Source: an uncultured Roseicyclus sp.
GTDB taxonomy: Bacteria > Pseudomonadota > Alphaproteobacteria > Rhodobacterales > Rhodobacteraceae
Direction of reading: 5' to 3'
NCBI GenBank assembly: GCA_964578115.1
Contig: CAZOBK010000005.1
Location: forward strand, 19,637-83,636
DNA length: 64,000 bases
This document shows positions 1-8,550 of this stretch, one piece after another; position 1 is the first letter of the stretch, and each line of letters begins with the position of its first letter. The notes below the pieces were generated by a model. That model did no database searches. It saw only the letters and a program-made list of their open reading frames with translations, and was not told where the DNA came from. A program made the position numbers and the translations under genes.

Positions 1-2
1 CC

Positions 3-308
3 TGGTATCAGCCCTGGACCTTCGTCCGGCCCTGGGTGCGCGGCTTCATCGGCTATTCGCCCTCGGAGATGGTCGAGACAGCGGAGGGGTCGGACATCTA
101 CGTGGTGCAGCTCAGGCGGCAGGAACGCTGGCAGCCGCAGATGGTGCTGCCGAACATCGTCGATTGCGAGGGCGGACGGCGCGCCGATATCCTGCCGGAT
201 ACCGAGTTTTCCGAAACCGGCGAGCCGGTCGGCGTAACCTGGCGCGAGGTGCCCGATGACGACCCGATCCTGAGTGCCGTCTGCGGTGGAGGAGCTGCGG
301 CCGGCTGA
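3..308 (+). CDS. 3' end of an unidentified protein-coding gene (5' end lies outside the window)
   Basis: The frame is open from the window edge (WYQPWTFVRPWVRGF...) to TGA at 306-308. Codon position 3 is strongly G/C. No family recognised. Confidence 0.4.
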   Translation, partial: WYQPWTFVRPWVRGFIGYSPSEMVETAEGSDIYVVQLRRQERWQPQMVLPNIVDCEGGRRADILPDTEFSETGEPVGVTWREVPDDDPILSAVCGGGAAAG

Positions 309-383
309 CGAGCCCTGCCCATCCGGCGCTGCGCGACCGCCGGACCGGGCCAAGACCAAGGGGCAAGGAGGAGGCCCCGCTAC

Positions 384-2402
384 ATGTTCAAGACACTGTC
401 CCTGCGTCTGCGCATATTCCTGTTCTTCGCCTTTCTGGCCTGCGCCACATCGGGCCTCGCCACAGCGGGGCTCGTCCTTGGCTACTTGCGGCTGGGCGAG
501 GACCACGCGCTGTCGGCCTTCGTCATCGCGGGCGCCGTCGCCGTTCTGGCGATCTTCGCGCTGACCACATGGGTCTGGGTCATGTTCGATGAAAACGTCG
601 CCAAACCGGTGGAACGGCTGGCCGCCGAGATGCGGGCGCGGGCCCATGCCGATGTGGACGACGAGATCGACCACGCGCCGGCGAGGTATCTGGGCGATCT
701 GGGCACGGCGGCGGCGGCGGTGACGTCGAACCTGACGGAGACGCGCAACGCGATGGCGCTTGCGGTCGGCCGGGAAACCGCGCGTCTGACCAGCGAGAAG
801 ACACGTCTGGAGACACTGCTGTCCGAAGTGCCGGACGGCGTCCTGTTCTGCACACCCCGGCACGCCATCGCGCTTTATAACGGCAATGCACGCGACATAC
901 TCGATGGTTCCGAGGCGTTGGGGCTCAACCGTCCGGTACGCGGCCTTTTGCGCATGGCGCCGATCACACAGGCTTATGAGCGGCTCGTGGCGAAGGGGAA
1001 TGGCAGCGATGACGAAGGCGGCACCGACGTTCTGGTCACGACCCGCGACGGCGCACGCCTGCTGGAGGCGCGCATGCGTCTGCTGCGGCTGGAGGGACAG
1101 GAGACCGAGCGCCCGGGTTATGTCCTGACACTCCGCGACGTGACCACGGACATGGCGACGCATCTGGAACGCACGCATCTGCTGGAGGCGTTGCTCAGCG
1201 GTGTGAAGGAGACGGTTGCCGCTCTGCCCGAAGGCGAGGCGGCAGATGCGCTGGCCAAGCTGGCCGCGGAGACCGAACGCAGGAAACGCGACACCGACAC
1301 GGGCTGGTGGCCGATGGAAAACCTCGTGTCAGAGGATCTCGGCGCGGCGCTCGAGGCGCGGCTGGCGCGCAAAGGCGTGGCACTGGCCTGCGAACTTGGG
1401 CCGACGATCCTTCGCTGCGACGGGTTCGCGGTGACGCGGCTGTTGGAGCGGTTGGCGCTCGACTGGGCGGCCGGGGGCGCGGCGGAGCTGACGCTGACGC
1501 TCGCCTCCGAAGGCGCAGAGGAGGCGGTCGTGAGCCTGGAGGCGCGTGGCGACATTCCTGACGACGCGTCGGTCGCAGGCTGGCTGGCCGAACCGCTGTC
1601 GCCGGGCATGACGGGCTTCACCGGCGCGGCCGTCTGCGTCGCCCATGGCACGTCGGTCGCCCCCGAACCCGCCGGGCCCGGCCGCGCCGCGTTGCGCTTC
1701 GCCCTGCCGCTGGCCCGCCCGGAACCCAGCCGCCCTTACCGAACCGTCCTTTACGATTTCGACCTGCTGAACGCCGACATCCCCGAGGATCTGGCCGCGG
1801 CCCGCCTGCGGGGCCTTTCCTTCGTGGTATTCGACACCGAGACCACCGGCCTGAACCCGCAGGTGGACGAGGTCTGCCAGATCGCCGCCGTGCGCGTGGT
1901 CAACGGCAAGCTCGTGGAGGCCGAGCGGTTCGACATGCTGGTCAATCCGGGCCGCAAGATCCCCGCCGCCTCCACCGCCGTGCACCAGATCACCGACGCG
2001 ATGGTGGCCGACGCCCCCGGCGTGACCGAGGCGCTGGCGCGGTTTCACACCTTCGCCGACGGGGCGGTGCTGGTGGCCCATAATGCGCCCTTCGACATGG
2101 CGTTCCTGAGGCGGCGCGAGCGCGAGATCGGGCGGCGCTTCGACCAGCCCATCCTCGACACCGTGCTCTGTTCGGCGATCCTCTTCGGGCAGTCGGCCGA
2201 ACATACGCTGGACGCGCTCTGCGAGCGGCTCGGCATTGCCATCCCGGAGGCCGACAGGCACACCGCGATCGGCGACGCTGTTGGCACGGGCGAGGCATTC
2301 CGCAAGATGATCCCGATGCTCGAAGCGGCAGAACTGCCCAATCTGGGGGCACTCATCAAGGCTTTCGATCGTCATTCGCGATTGATCGAACACCTCAATT
2401 GA
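384..2402 (+). CDS. Membrane-anchored sensor protein (2 TM, HAMP-like, PAS-like, degenerate His-kinase-like core) fused to a C-terminal DnaQ/RNase T-type DEDDh 3'-5' exonuclease domain
   Basis: AAGGAGGAGG RBS about 10 nt upstream of ATG 384. Two hydrophobic helices at aa ~10-33 and ~43-66. PAS-like segment at aa ~140-255. Exonuclease motifs FVVFDTETTGL (Exo I), VAHNAPFDMAFL (Exo II) and HTAIGDA (Exo III, H-x4-D) at aa ~480-631. Confidence 0.8.
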   Translation: MFKTLSLRLRIFLFFAFLACATSGLATAGLVLGYLRLGEDHALSAFVIAGAVAVLAIFALTTWVWVMFDENVAKPVERLAAEMRARAHADVDDEIDHAPARYLGDLGTAAAAVTSNLTETRNAMALAVGRETARLTSEKTRLETLLSEVPDGVLFCTPRHAIALYNGNARDILDGSEALGLNRPVRGLLRMAPITQAYERLVAKGNGSDDEGGTDVLVTTRDGARLLEARMRLLRLEGQETERPGYVLTLRDVTTDMATHLERTHLLEALLSGVKETVAALPEGEAADALAKLAAETERRKRDTDTGWWPMENLVSEDLGAALEARLARKGVALACELGPTILRCDGFAVTRLLERLALDWAAGGAAELTLTLASEGAEEAVVSLEARGDIPDDASVAGWLAEPLSPGMTGFTGAAVCVAHGTSVAPEPAGPGRAALRFALPLARPEPSRPYRTVLYDFDLLNADIPEDLAAARLRGLSFVVFDTETTGLNPQVDEVCQIAAVRVVNGKLVEAERFDMLVNPGRKIPAASTAVHQITDAMVADAPGVTEALARFHTFADGAVLVAHNAPFDMAFLRRREREIGRRFDQPILDTVLCSAILFGQSAEHTLDALCERLGIAIPEADRHTAIGDAVGTGEAFRKMIPMLEAAELPNLGALIKAFDRHSRLIEHLN

Positions 2403-2458
2403 CCCCGCGCGCGATCAGGCGCAGGGATTTCCCATAGAAGAACAGGAACGCCAGGACC

Positions 2459-3142
2459 ATGGCCCGCACGCCGCTCTACAAGGCCACAGAAACCGAAATG
2501 ATCCGGCGAATCGAAACCGGTGAATGGGAGGTCGGCACACGCCTGCCCAACGAATTCGTGCTGGCCGAGGAATTCAAGGTCAGCCAGGGCACCATGCGCC
2601 GCGCGCTGATCACGCTGGAGGGGATGGGGCTGTTGAGCCGCAAGCCCGGGCGCGGAACGATCGTCGCCCGGACGGGCAAGGCCCCTGCCGGGCCAGAAGG
2701 TGCGTCCACGGGGCAGTTGATGTTCGAAGGGTCCCCCGTGGAGTTCGGGATTCACCGCGCGAAATCCGGCCTGAGGGGGGCGACCGACGCGGAAATGGCG
2801 CTGTTCGGCACCGGCCGCCTGTCGAGCGTCGAGCGATTGCTGAAACGCGGCGGCGCGCGGGCCGGGATCGAGGATATCGCGATCCCCGAAAGCCTCGCCC
2901 CCGCATTGGACGAGGACGCGCCGCTGTCGCTGGACGACTTCCTGTCGGCCCACGGGCTGGAGGCGGCCAGCATGACGGAAACCGTGCGCGCCGACATCAC
3001 GTCACTGCCGGAGTCGGTCACGCTGTCCTGCGACCGGCACACGCCCCTTCTGGTGATCACCCGGACGGCCCGTGACAAGGGCGGCGCGGCGATCGCGCGG
3101 CAGGTCATGCGCCTGATCGGTGACGGACTGACCTACGGTTAG
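2459..3142 (+). CDS. GntR-family (HutC/UTRA-type) transcriptional regulator
   Basis: N-terminal winged-helix signature LPNEFVLAEEFKVSQGTMRRALITLEGMGLLSRKPGRGTIV, followed by a ~150-aa effector-binding domain. Confidence 0.85.
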   Translation: MARTPLYKATETEMIRRIETGEWEVGTRLPNEFVLAEEFKVSQGTMRRALITLEGMGLLSRKPGRGTIVARTGKAPAGPEGASTGQLMFEGSPVEFGIHRAKSGLRGATDAEMALFGTGRLSSVERLLKRGGARAGIEDIAIPESLAPALDEDAPLSLDDFLSAHGLEAASMTETVRADITSLPESVTLSCDRHTPLLVITRTARDKGGAAIARQVMRLIGDGLTYG

Positions 3143-4590
3143 ATTCCGTCGATGCAGACGTATTTCGTGTCGAGATAATCCTCGAGACCCTGACTGCCGC
3201 CTTCCTTGCCCATGCCGCTTTCCTTGAGGCCGCCAAAGGGTGCCTCGACCGTGGTGATCAGGCCCGAGTTGATGCCGATCATGCCATATTGCAGTGCATC
3301 GTTCAGGCGGAACGCGCGTCCGAGGTCGCGGGTGTAGACGTAGGAGGCGAGGCCGAAGACGGTGTCATTCGCCATGCCGATAGCCTCCTCCTCGGTCTCG
3401 AAGCGGAAGACGGGGGCAAGCGGGCCGAAGATCTCCTCGGTGGCGAAGGCCATGTCCTGTGTGGCGCCGGTCAGGACGGTGGGCTGAAAGAACGTGCCGC
3501 CCAGCTGGTGGCGCGATCCGCCCAGCGCGACCTCGGCTCCCTTTGCCTTGGCGTCGTCCAGAAGCTCCTCGACCTTGGCGACAGCGTCGGCGTCGATCAG
3601 CGGGCCCTGTGCCACGCCATCCTCGCGTCCGTCACCGACCTTGAGTTCGCGGGTTTTCGCCACCAGCTTCTCGACGAAGGCGTCATAGACCCCGGCCTGC
3701 ACGTACATGCGGTTGGCGCAGACGCAGGTCTGGCCGGAATTGCGGTATTTCGAGACGATGGCGCCCTCGGCCGCCGCATCCAGATCGGCGTCGTCGAAGA
3801 CGATGAAGGGCGCGTTGCCGCCCAGTTCCATCGACACTTTCTTCACCGTATCGGCGGATTGGCGGATCAGTTCCTTGCCGACCTCGGTGGAGCCGGTGAA
3901 GGTGATCTTGCGCACCTCGCCACGCGCCATCATCGCACCCGCGATGGCGCGGGCCGACCCCGTCACCACGTTCACCGCGCCCTTGGGGTATCCGACCTCT
4001 TCGGCCAGGGCCGCCCAGGCGAGGCCCGAATAGGGCGTTGCAGTGGCGGGCTTCGCCACGATGGTGCAGCCCACGGCCAGCGCGGGCGCAAGTTTGCGGG
4101 CCAGCATGGAGGACGGGAAATTCCATGGCGTGATCATGCCCACGACGCCGACGGGATGGCGCGTCACGAGGATGCGACGGCCGTTCACGCCGGGGGGAAC
4201 GATTTCCCCTTTTGCGCGTCGGGCTTCCTCGGCGAACCAGCGCACGTATTGCGCGCCGATGGCGATCTCGCCCTTCGCCTCGGCCAGCGGCTTGCCCATC
4301 TCGACAGTCAGAAGCTCGGCCAGCGCCGCCTGGTTGTCCATGAGCGCATCGTGCAGCTTCCACAGGAGGCCCACGCGCGTCATCAGGTCCATGCCGGCGA
4401 GTTCGGGGAAGGCCGCGGCCGCCGCGTCGATGGCGCGCATGGTCTCGGCTTCGCCACAGGCGGGGACCGTGCCGATCACCTCGCCCGTCGCCGGGTTCGT
4501 GACGTCGATGGTCTGCCCGCCGTCGGCGCCAATCCACTCGCCCGCGACGTAATTCGCCTGTTTCATCCAGGTCTGCCAGTCGGCCATCAT
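3139..4590 (-). CDS. gabD: NAD(P)+-dependent succinate-semialdehyde dehydrogenase
   Basis: ALDH superfamily with MELGGNAP and NSGQTCVCANR catalytic motifs and overall GabD-like sequence. Start placed at ATGATG (4590) behind a GGGGAGGG RBS, not at the longer ORF-track start 4677. Confidence 0.85.
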   Translation of the reverse strand: MMADWQTWMKQANYVAGEWIGADGGQTIDVTNPATGEVIGTVPACGEAETMRAIDAAAAAFPELAGMDLMTRVGLLWKLHDALMDNQAALAELLTVEMGKPLAEAKGEIAIGAQYVRWFAEEARRAKGEIVPPGVNGRRILVTRHPVGVVGMITPWNFPSSMLARKLAPALAVGCTIVAKPATATPYSGLAWAALAEEVGYPKGAVNVVTGSARAIAGAMMARGEVRKITFTGSTEVGKELIRQSADTVKKVSMELGGNAPFIVFDDADLDAAAEGAIVSKYRNSGQTCVCANRMYVQAGVYDAFVEKLVAKTRELKVGDGREDGVAQGPLIDADAVAKVEELLDDAKAKGAEVALGGSRHQLGGTFFQPTVLTGATQDMAFATEEIFGPLAPVFRFETEEEAIGMANDTVFGLASYVYTRDLGRAFRLNDALQYGMIGINSGLITTVEAPFGGLKESGMGKEGGSQGLEDYLDTKYVCIDGI

Positions 4591-4707
4591 TCCCTCCCCT
4601 TCGCGATGCAAGACACGTCGAGCGCTGTTTGGCACTCGCCACGAAGCGCCGCAAGGTCCGCTTCCGTTTCCCCGCACGATCCAAACCGTTATGCGAATGC
4701 GTTGTTC

Positions 4708-4725
4708 CCAAAAGCGCGCTTTTGG
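4708..4725. promoter_or_regulatory. Perfect 18-bp palindrome CCAAAAGCGCGCTTTTGG in the gabD-ugd divergent region
   Basis: Read directly from the sequence. The region lies between two divergent starts, so a terminator role is unlikely. Confidence 0.4.
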
Positions 4726-4836
4726 ACTAAGCAGCCTCCGCGGTGAAATATTATTTGCTGCGGTGCAGCTTGCACCGGTACATTATGCGACACTGGCGCG
4801 GACCGCACAGCGCCCAGTCATTTCCGGAGTTCCTTC

Positions 4837-6180
4837 ATGAAGATCACGATGATTGGTACGGGATATGTCGGCCTCGTGTCCGGCGTCTGTTTCTCCGATT
4901 TTGGCCACGACGTGGTCTGCGTCGACAAGGACCCCCGCAAGATCGAGATGCTGAACGCGGGCGAGGTGCCGATCTATGAGCCCGGCCTCGATCAGTTGAT
5001 GGCCAAGAACGTCGAGGCGGGTCGCCTGTCCTTCACCACCGACCTGCCCAGCGCGGTCGCGGGCGCCGACGCCGTATTCATCGCCGTCGGCACACCGACA
5101 CGGCGCGGTGACGGCCATGCCGACCTGACCTTCGTGATGGCCGCCGCTGAGGAGGTCGCGCGCGCATTGACGGGCTATGCCGTCATCGTCACCAAGTCGA
5201 CCGTGCCCGTGGGCACCAACCGCAAGGTGAAACACACGATTTCCAAGGCCAATCCGGCGGCTGAGTTCGACGTCGCCTCCAACCCCGAATTCCTGCGCGA
5301 GGGCGCGGCCATCGACGATTTCATGCGCCCGGACCGCGTCGTGGTCGGTGTGCAGACCGAACGTGCGGCCGACGTGATGGCGGATGTATACCGTCCCCTT
5401 TTCCTCCGCGATTTCCCGATCATCACGACCGATCTGGAAAGCGCCGAGATGATCAAATACGCCGCGAATGCCTTTCTCGCGACCAAGATCACATTCATCA
5501 ACGAGATCGCCGCGCTGTGTGAACGCGTGGGCGCCGACGTCAAGGAAGTGTCCAAGGGCATGGGCCTTGACGGGCGGATCGGGAACAAGTTCCTGCATGC
5601 AGGTCCGGGCTATGGCGGCTCGTGCTTTCCCAAGGACACCAGCGCGCTCGCGCGGATCGGGCAGGAACATGCCGTGCCGCAAAGTATCGTCGAGACGGTC
5701 ATCCGCGTGAATGACGGCGTGAAGTCCCGGATGATCGCAAAGCTGCGCGATCTCTGCGACGGGTCGTTCAACGGCAAGACGATCGCCGTCCTCGGTGTGA
5801 CGTTCAAACCCAACACCGACGACATGCGCGACGCGCCCTCGCTGACCATCGTGCCGGCGCTTGTGGGCGGTGGCGCGAAGGTGCGCGTCGTCGATCCGCA
5901 GGGCGAACGCGAAGGTCGCACGCTCCTGCCCGGGGTGCAGTGGAACGACGACCCCTACAAGGCCGCGCAGAACGCCGATCTGGTGGTGATCCTGACCGAG
6001 TGGAACGAGTTCCGCGCGCTCGACCTCAAGCGGCTGGCCAAAAAGATGGCGACGCCACGCATGGCGGATCTGCGCAACATCTACTCGTCCCGGGACGCGC
6101 GCCGCGCGGGCTTCGAGGCCTATGATGCCGTTGGCCGCGGCGGGCTGGAGCCCGACAGCAGCAAGCTTGCCGCCGAGTGA
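4837..6180 (+). CDS. ugd: UDP-glucose 6-dehydrogenase
   Basis: Rossmann motif MKITMIGTGYVGLVSG, catalytic GGSCFPKD motif, and full-length UDP-glucose/GDP-mannose dehydrogenase architecture. Confidence 0.9.
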   Translation: MKITMIGTGYVGLVSGVCFSDFGHDVVCVDKDPRKIEMLNAGEVPIYEPGLDQLMAKNVEAGRLSFTTDLPSAVAGADAVFIAVGTPTRRGDGHADLTFVMAAAEEVARALTGYAVIVTKSTVPVGTNRKVKHTISKANPAAEFDVASNPEFLREGAAIDDFMRPDRVVVGVQTERAADVMADVYRPLFLRDFPIITTDLESAEMIKYAANAFLATKITFINEIAALCERVGADVKEVSKGMGLDGRIGNKFLHAGPGYGGSCFPKDTSALARIGQEHAVPQSIVETVIRVNDGVKSRMIAKLRDLCDGSFNGKTIAVLGVTFKPNTDDMRDAPSLTIVPALVGGGAKVRVVDPQGEREGRTLLPGVQWNDDPYKAAQNADLVVILTEWNEFRALDLKRLAKKMATPRMADLRNIYSSRDARRAGFEAYDAVGRGGLEPDSSKLAAE

Positions 6181-6181
6181 G

Positions 6182-6385
6182 CTAGTCGGCGTAGGACCGC
6201 GCGGTTTTCAGCAGGTCCCGCACCGTGTCGGCATCGCCGATCCGGTTGGCCATCAACAGGACGAGCCGCGCGTTGAGCGCGTGGCTCTCCGCCTCGCTCA
6301 GCCCCTCATGTGCGTCCAGAAGCGCGGCATAGATATCGTCGCCGCGGCCGGCGAAGCCGCTTGCGTGGATGGTGCGTTCCGCCAT
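6182..6385 (-). CDS. Small DUF2783-type protein, candidate coupling subunit of the adjacent hydroxylase (MhaB-like)
   Basis: 67 aa. Its ATG overlaps the stop of the upstream monooxygenase (TGATG at 6383-6387). Coding-type codon bias. The sequence resembles the small proteins that accompany MhpA-like hydroxylases. Confidence 0.65.
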   Translation of the reverse strand: MAERTIHASGFAGRGDDIYAALLDAHEGLSEAESHALNARLVLLMANRIGDADTVRDLLKTARSYAD

Positions 6386-8004
6386 CAGACCGCCTCCGAC
6401 AAGACAGGCTTGCGGCCGAGCGCCCGGTCCCGCGCCGCCGCGACACCGGCGGCGGTCGGCGTGGCGAAGACGGCCGCCACATGGCCGTCGGGCCGGAACA
6501 GGTACGCCTGCCCCATCCCGTAGCGGCCCAGCGCATAGCCCTCCATATCGCCGAAGCAGGGATAGTCATCCGTCCGCTGCGCGACCCCGATCCGGCGCAC
6601 ACCCGGCACATCCGGCAGGCGCACGCCGCCGAACCCCACGAGCGTGAAATCCCCCTGCACCCGCGAGATCAGCCATGTGTCACCGACGGGCGCGTCGATG
6701 ATGGCCGTGCCCGGGCGCACATGCCCCGCCGCGCTGTCGGTCTGCAAAGGGAACCCCGCGAGCGAACAGGGCCGGGAAAGACGCCCGGAATTGATCAGCT
6801 CGCGCGCGAAGGGCTGGTCATGGGCCATGCGCAGCGTCTCGGCGCGGAACAGCGCCTCGATTGGGGATTTCGGCGTCATGAAGCCGGTCGCGCGGGCGGA
6901 GTTGAGGATGTTCTCCTCCGCGCCGTGGCGGCGTTCCTCGTCGTAGCTGTCGATCAGGGCGCGCGGTGCCTCGCCCTTCACCACCGCAGCCAGTTTCCAT
7001 CCGAGGTTGTCCACGTCCTGTATCCCGCCATTGCCGCCCCGCGCCCCGAAGGGCGATACCACATGCGCGCTGTCGCCCACGAAGATGACCCGGCCATGCA
7101 CGAAGCGGTCCAGCATCATGCAGCGGAAGCGGTAGACCGACAGCCAGTCGATGCGGAACGGCTTGTCGCCCACGATGGCGCGGATGCGAGGCAACACGCG
7201 GTCCTCGGTGCCTTCGGCCTCGGGGTCCGCGCCCGGGTCGAGTTGCAGGTCGATGCGGTAGATGTTGTCCGGCTGCTTGTGCAGCAGCGCCGACTTGCCG
7301 GGGTGGAACGGCGGGTCGAACCAGAACCAGCGTTCCGGCGTGTCGCGGTCGCCGAAGGGGCTTTCCTCCATCTCGATATCGCAGATGAGGAACCGCTCCT
7401 CGAAGGTCTGGCCGTTGAAATCGAGGCCCATGCGCGTGCGCGTGGGCGAATTCGCGCCATCGCAGGCCAGCATGTAGTCGGCGTCGAGCGTATATGGCCC
7501 TTCCGGCGTCTCGACGGTCAGCCGGACGCCCTCGCCCCGGTCCTCGTGACCCGTGACCTTGGACAAGAAGCGGATGTCGATCAGGTCGGGAAACTCCCGC
7601 GCGCGGTCGAGCAGGTAGTCCTCGACGTAGTATTGCTGCAGGTTCACGAAAGCCGGGTACTTGTGCCCGTCTTCGGGCAGAAGATCGAAGGCGTAAACCT
7701 GCTCGGACCCGTGGAAATTGCGGCCCACCTTCCAGGTGACGCCCTTCTCCAGCATCCGCTCGCCCACGCCGAGCCGGTCGAAGATCTCGAGCGTCCGCTT
7801 GGCCCAGCAGATCGCGCGGGAGCCCACGGAGACCACGTTGTTGTCGTCGAGAACCACGCTCGCCACGCCCCGCTGCGCAAGGTCGATCGCCATTGCCAGC
7901 CCGATGGGCCCCGCGCCCACGATCGCGACGGGCGCTTCGGTCTTGCCACCGTCGAGTTCCGGCGGACGGACGAAGGGTTGCTCGGTATAGGCGTAGGCTG
8001 TCAT
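6385..8004 (-). CDS. Class A FAD-dependent aromatic monooxygenase (MhpA/PheA-like; candidate 3-hydroxyphenylacetate 6-hydroxylase large subunit)
   Basis: FAD fingerprint VAIVGAGPIGLAMAIDLAQRGV, plus ACDGANSPTR and FVGDSAHVVSPFGARGGNGGIQD motifs. GGAGGAG RBS upstream of ATG 8004. Confidence 0.85.
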   Translation of the reverse strand: MTAYAYTEQPFVRPPELDGGKTEAPVAIVGAGPIGLAMAIDLAQRGVASVVLDDNNVVSVGSRAICWAKRTLEIFDRLGVGERMLEKGVTWKVGRNFHGSEQVYAFDLLPEDGHKYPAFVNLQQYYVEDYLLDRAREFPDLIDIRFLSKVTGHEDRGEGVRLTVETPEGPYTLDADYMLACDGANSPTRTRMGLDFNGQTFEERFLICDIEMEESPFGDRDTPERWFWFDPPFHPGKSALLHKQPDNIYRIDLQLDPGADPEAEGTEDRVLPRIRAIVGDKPFRIDWLSVYRFRCMMLDRFVHGRVIFVGDSAHVVSPFGARGGNGGIQDVDNLGWKLAAVVKGEAPRALIDSYDEERRHGAEENILNSARATGFMTPKSPIEALFRAETLRMAHDQPFARELINSGRLSRPCSLAGFPLQTDSAAGHVRPGTAIIDAPVGDTWLISRVQGDFTLVGFGGVRLPDVPGVRRIGVAQRTDDYPCFGDMEGYALGRYGMGQAYLFRPDGHVAAVFATPTAAGVAAARDRALGRKPVLSEAV

Positions 8005-8028
8005 CGTCTCCTCCCCCTTGGTCGCGCG

Positions 8029-8544
8029 TTATCGCGGGTAGTCCCGTGCCGATGGCACGCGACCGTATTCCAGAAAGAAATCGTCCAGCTGCGGCGGATC
8101 GACCCCGGCATGCTGAAGCTGCACATGCGCCTGCCCGCGGTGGTGCACCTGATGCTGAAAGAGATGCGGCAGGAGGTCGCCGATCGTCTCGGTCGCGGTC
8201 CCCTCGCGGCGCTCCGTCACCACCCGGCGCGAAAGGTCCGCATCGGTCAGGCCGAGGCAGAATTCGAGCAGGCGGACATCAGAGGCGGCCTGCGCGGCGC
8301 CCAGCGTTTCGGGGTCGTGGATATCGTCACGGTCAAAGACCGACAGGCCCAGTCCGGCCTCGGTCAGCGCGTCGATGTAGTAGAGATCGACCTCGTAGAT
8401 GTGGTTCAGCGTGGCCGAGAGCGACGGAAAGAACCCGGGCCGCTCCGCGGTGAAAACCTCCTCGGACAATCCCGCCGTCGCGCCGTAGAGCGTCCGGTTG
8501 GCCCATGCGTTGTTGGATGCGCAGGCGACGAAGGGATGGCTCAT
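8029..8544 (-). CDS. DinB-family protein (metal-dependent four-helix bundle; possible thiol-dependent isomerase or transferase)
   Basis: 171 aa with a DinB-like pattern (NNAWANRTLY..., LNHIYEVDLYY, HLFQHQVHHRGQAH). AGGAG RBS. Confidence 0.75.
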   Translation of the reverse strand: MSHPFVACASNNAWANRTLYGATAGLSEEVFTAERPGFFPSLSATLNHIYEVDLYYIDALTEAGLGLSVFDRDDIHDPETLGAAQAASDVRLLEFCLGLTDADLSRRVVTERREGTATETIGDLLPHLFQHQVHHRGQAHVQLQHAGVDPPQLDDFFLEYGRVPSARDYPR

Positions 8545-8550
8545 CTGCCG

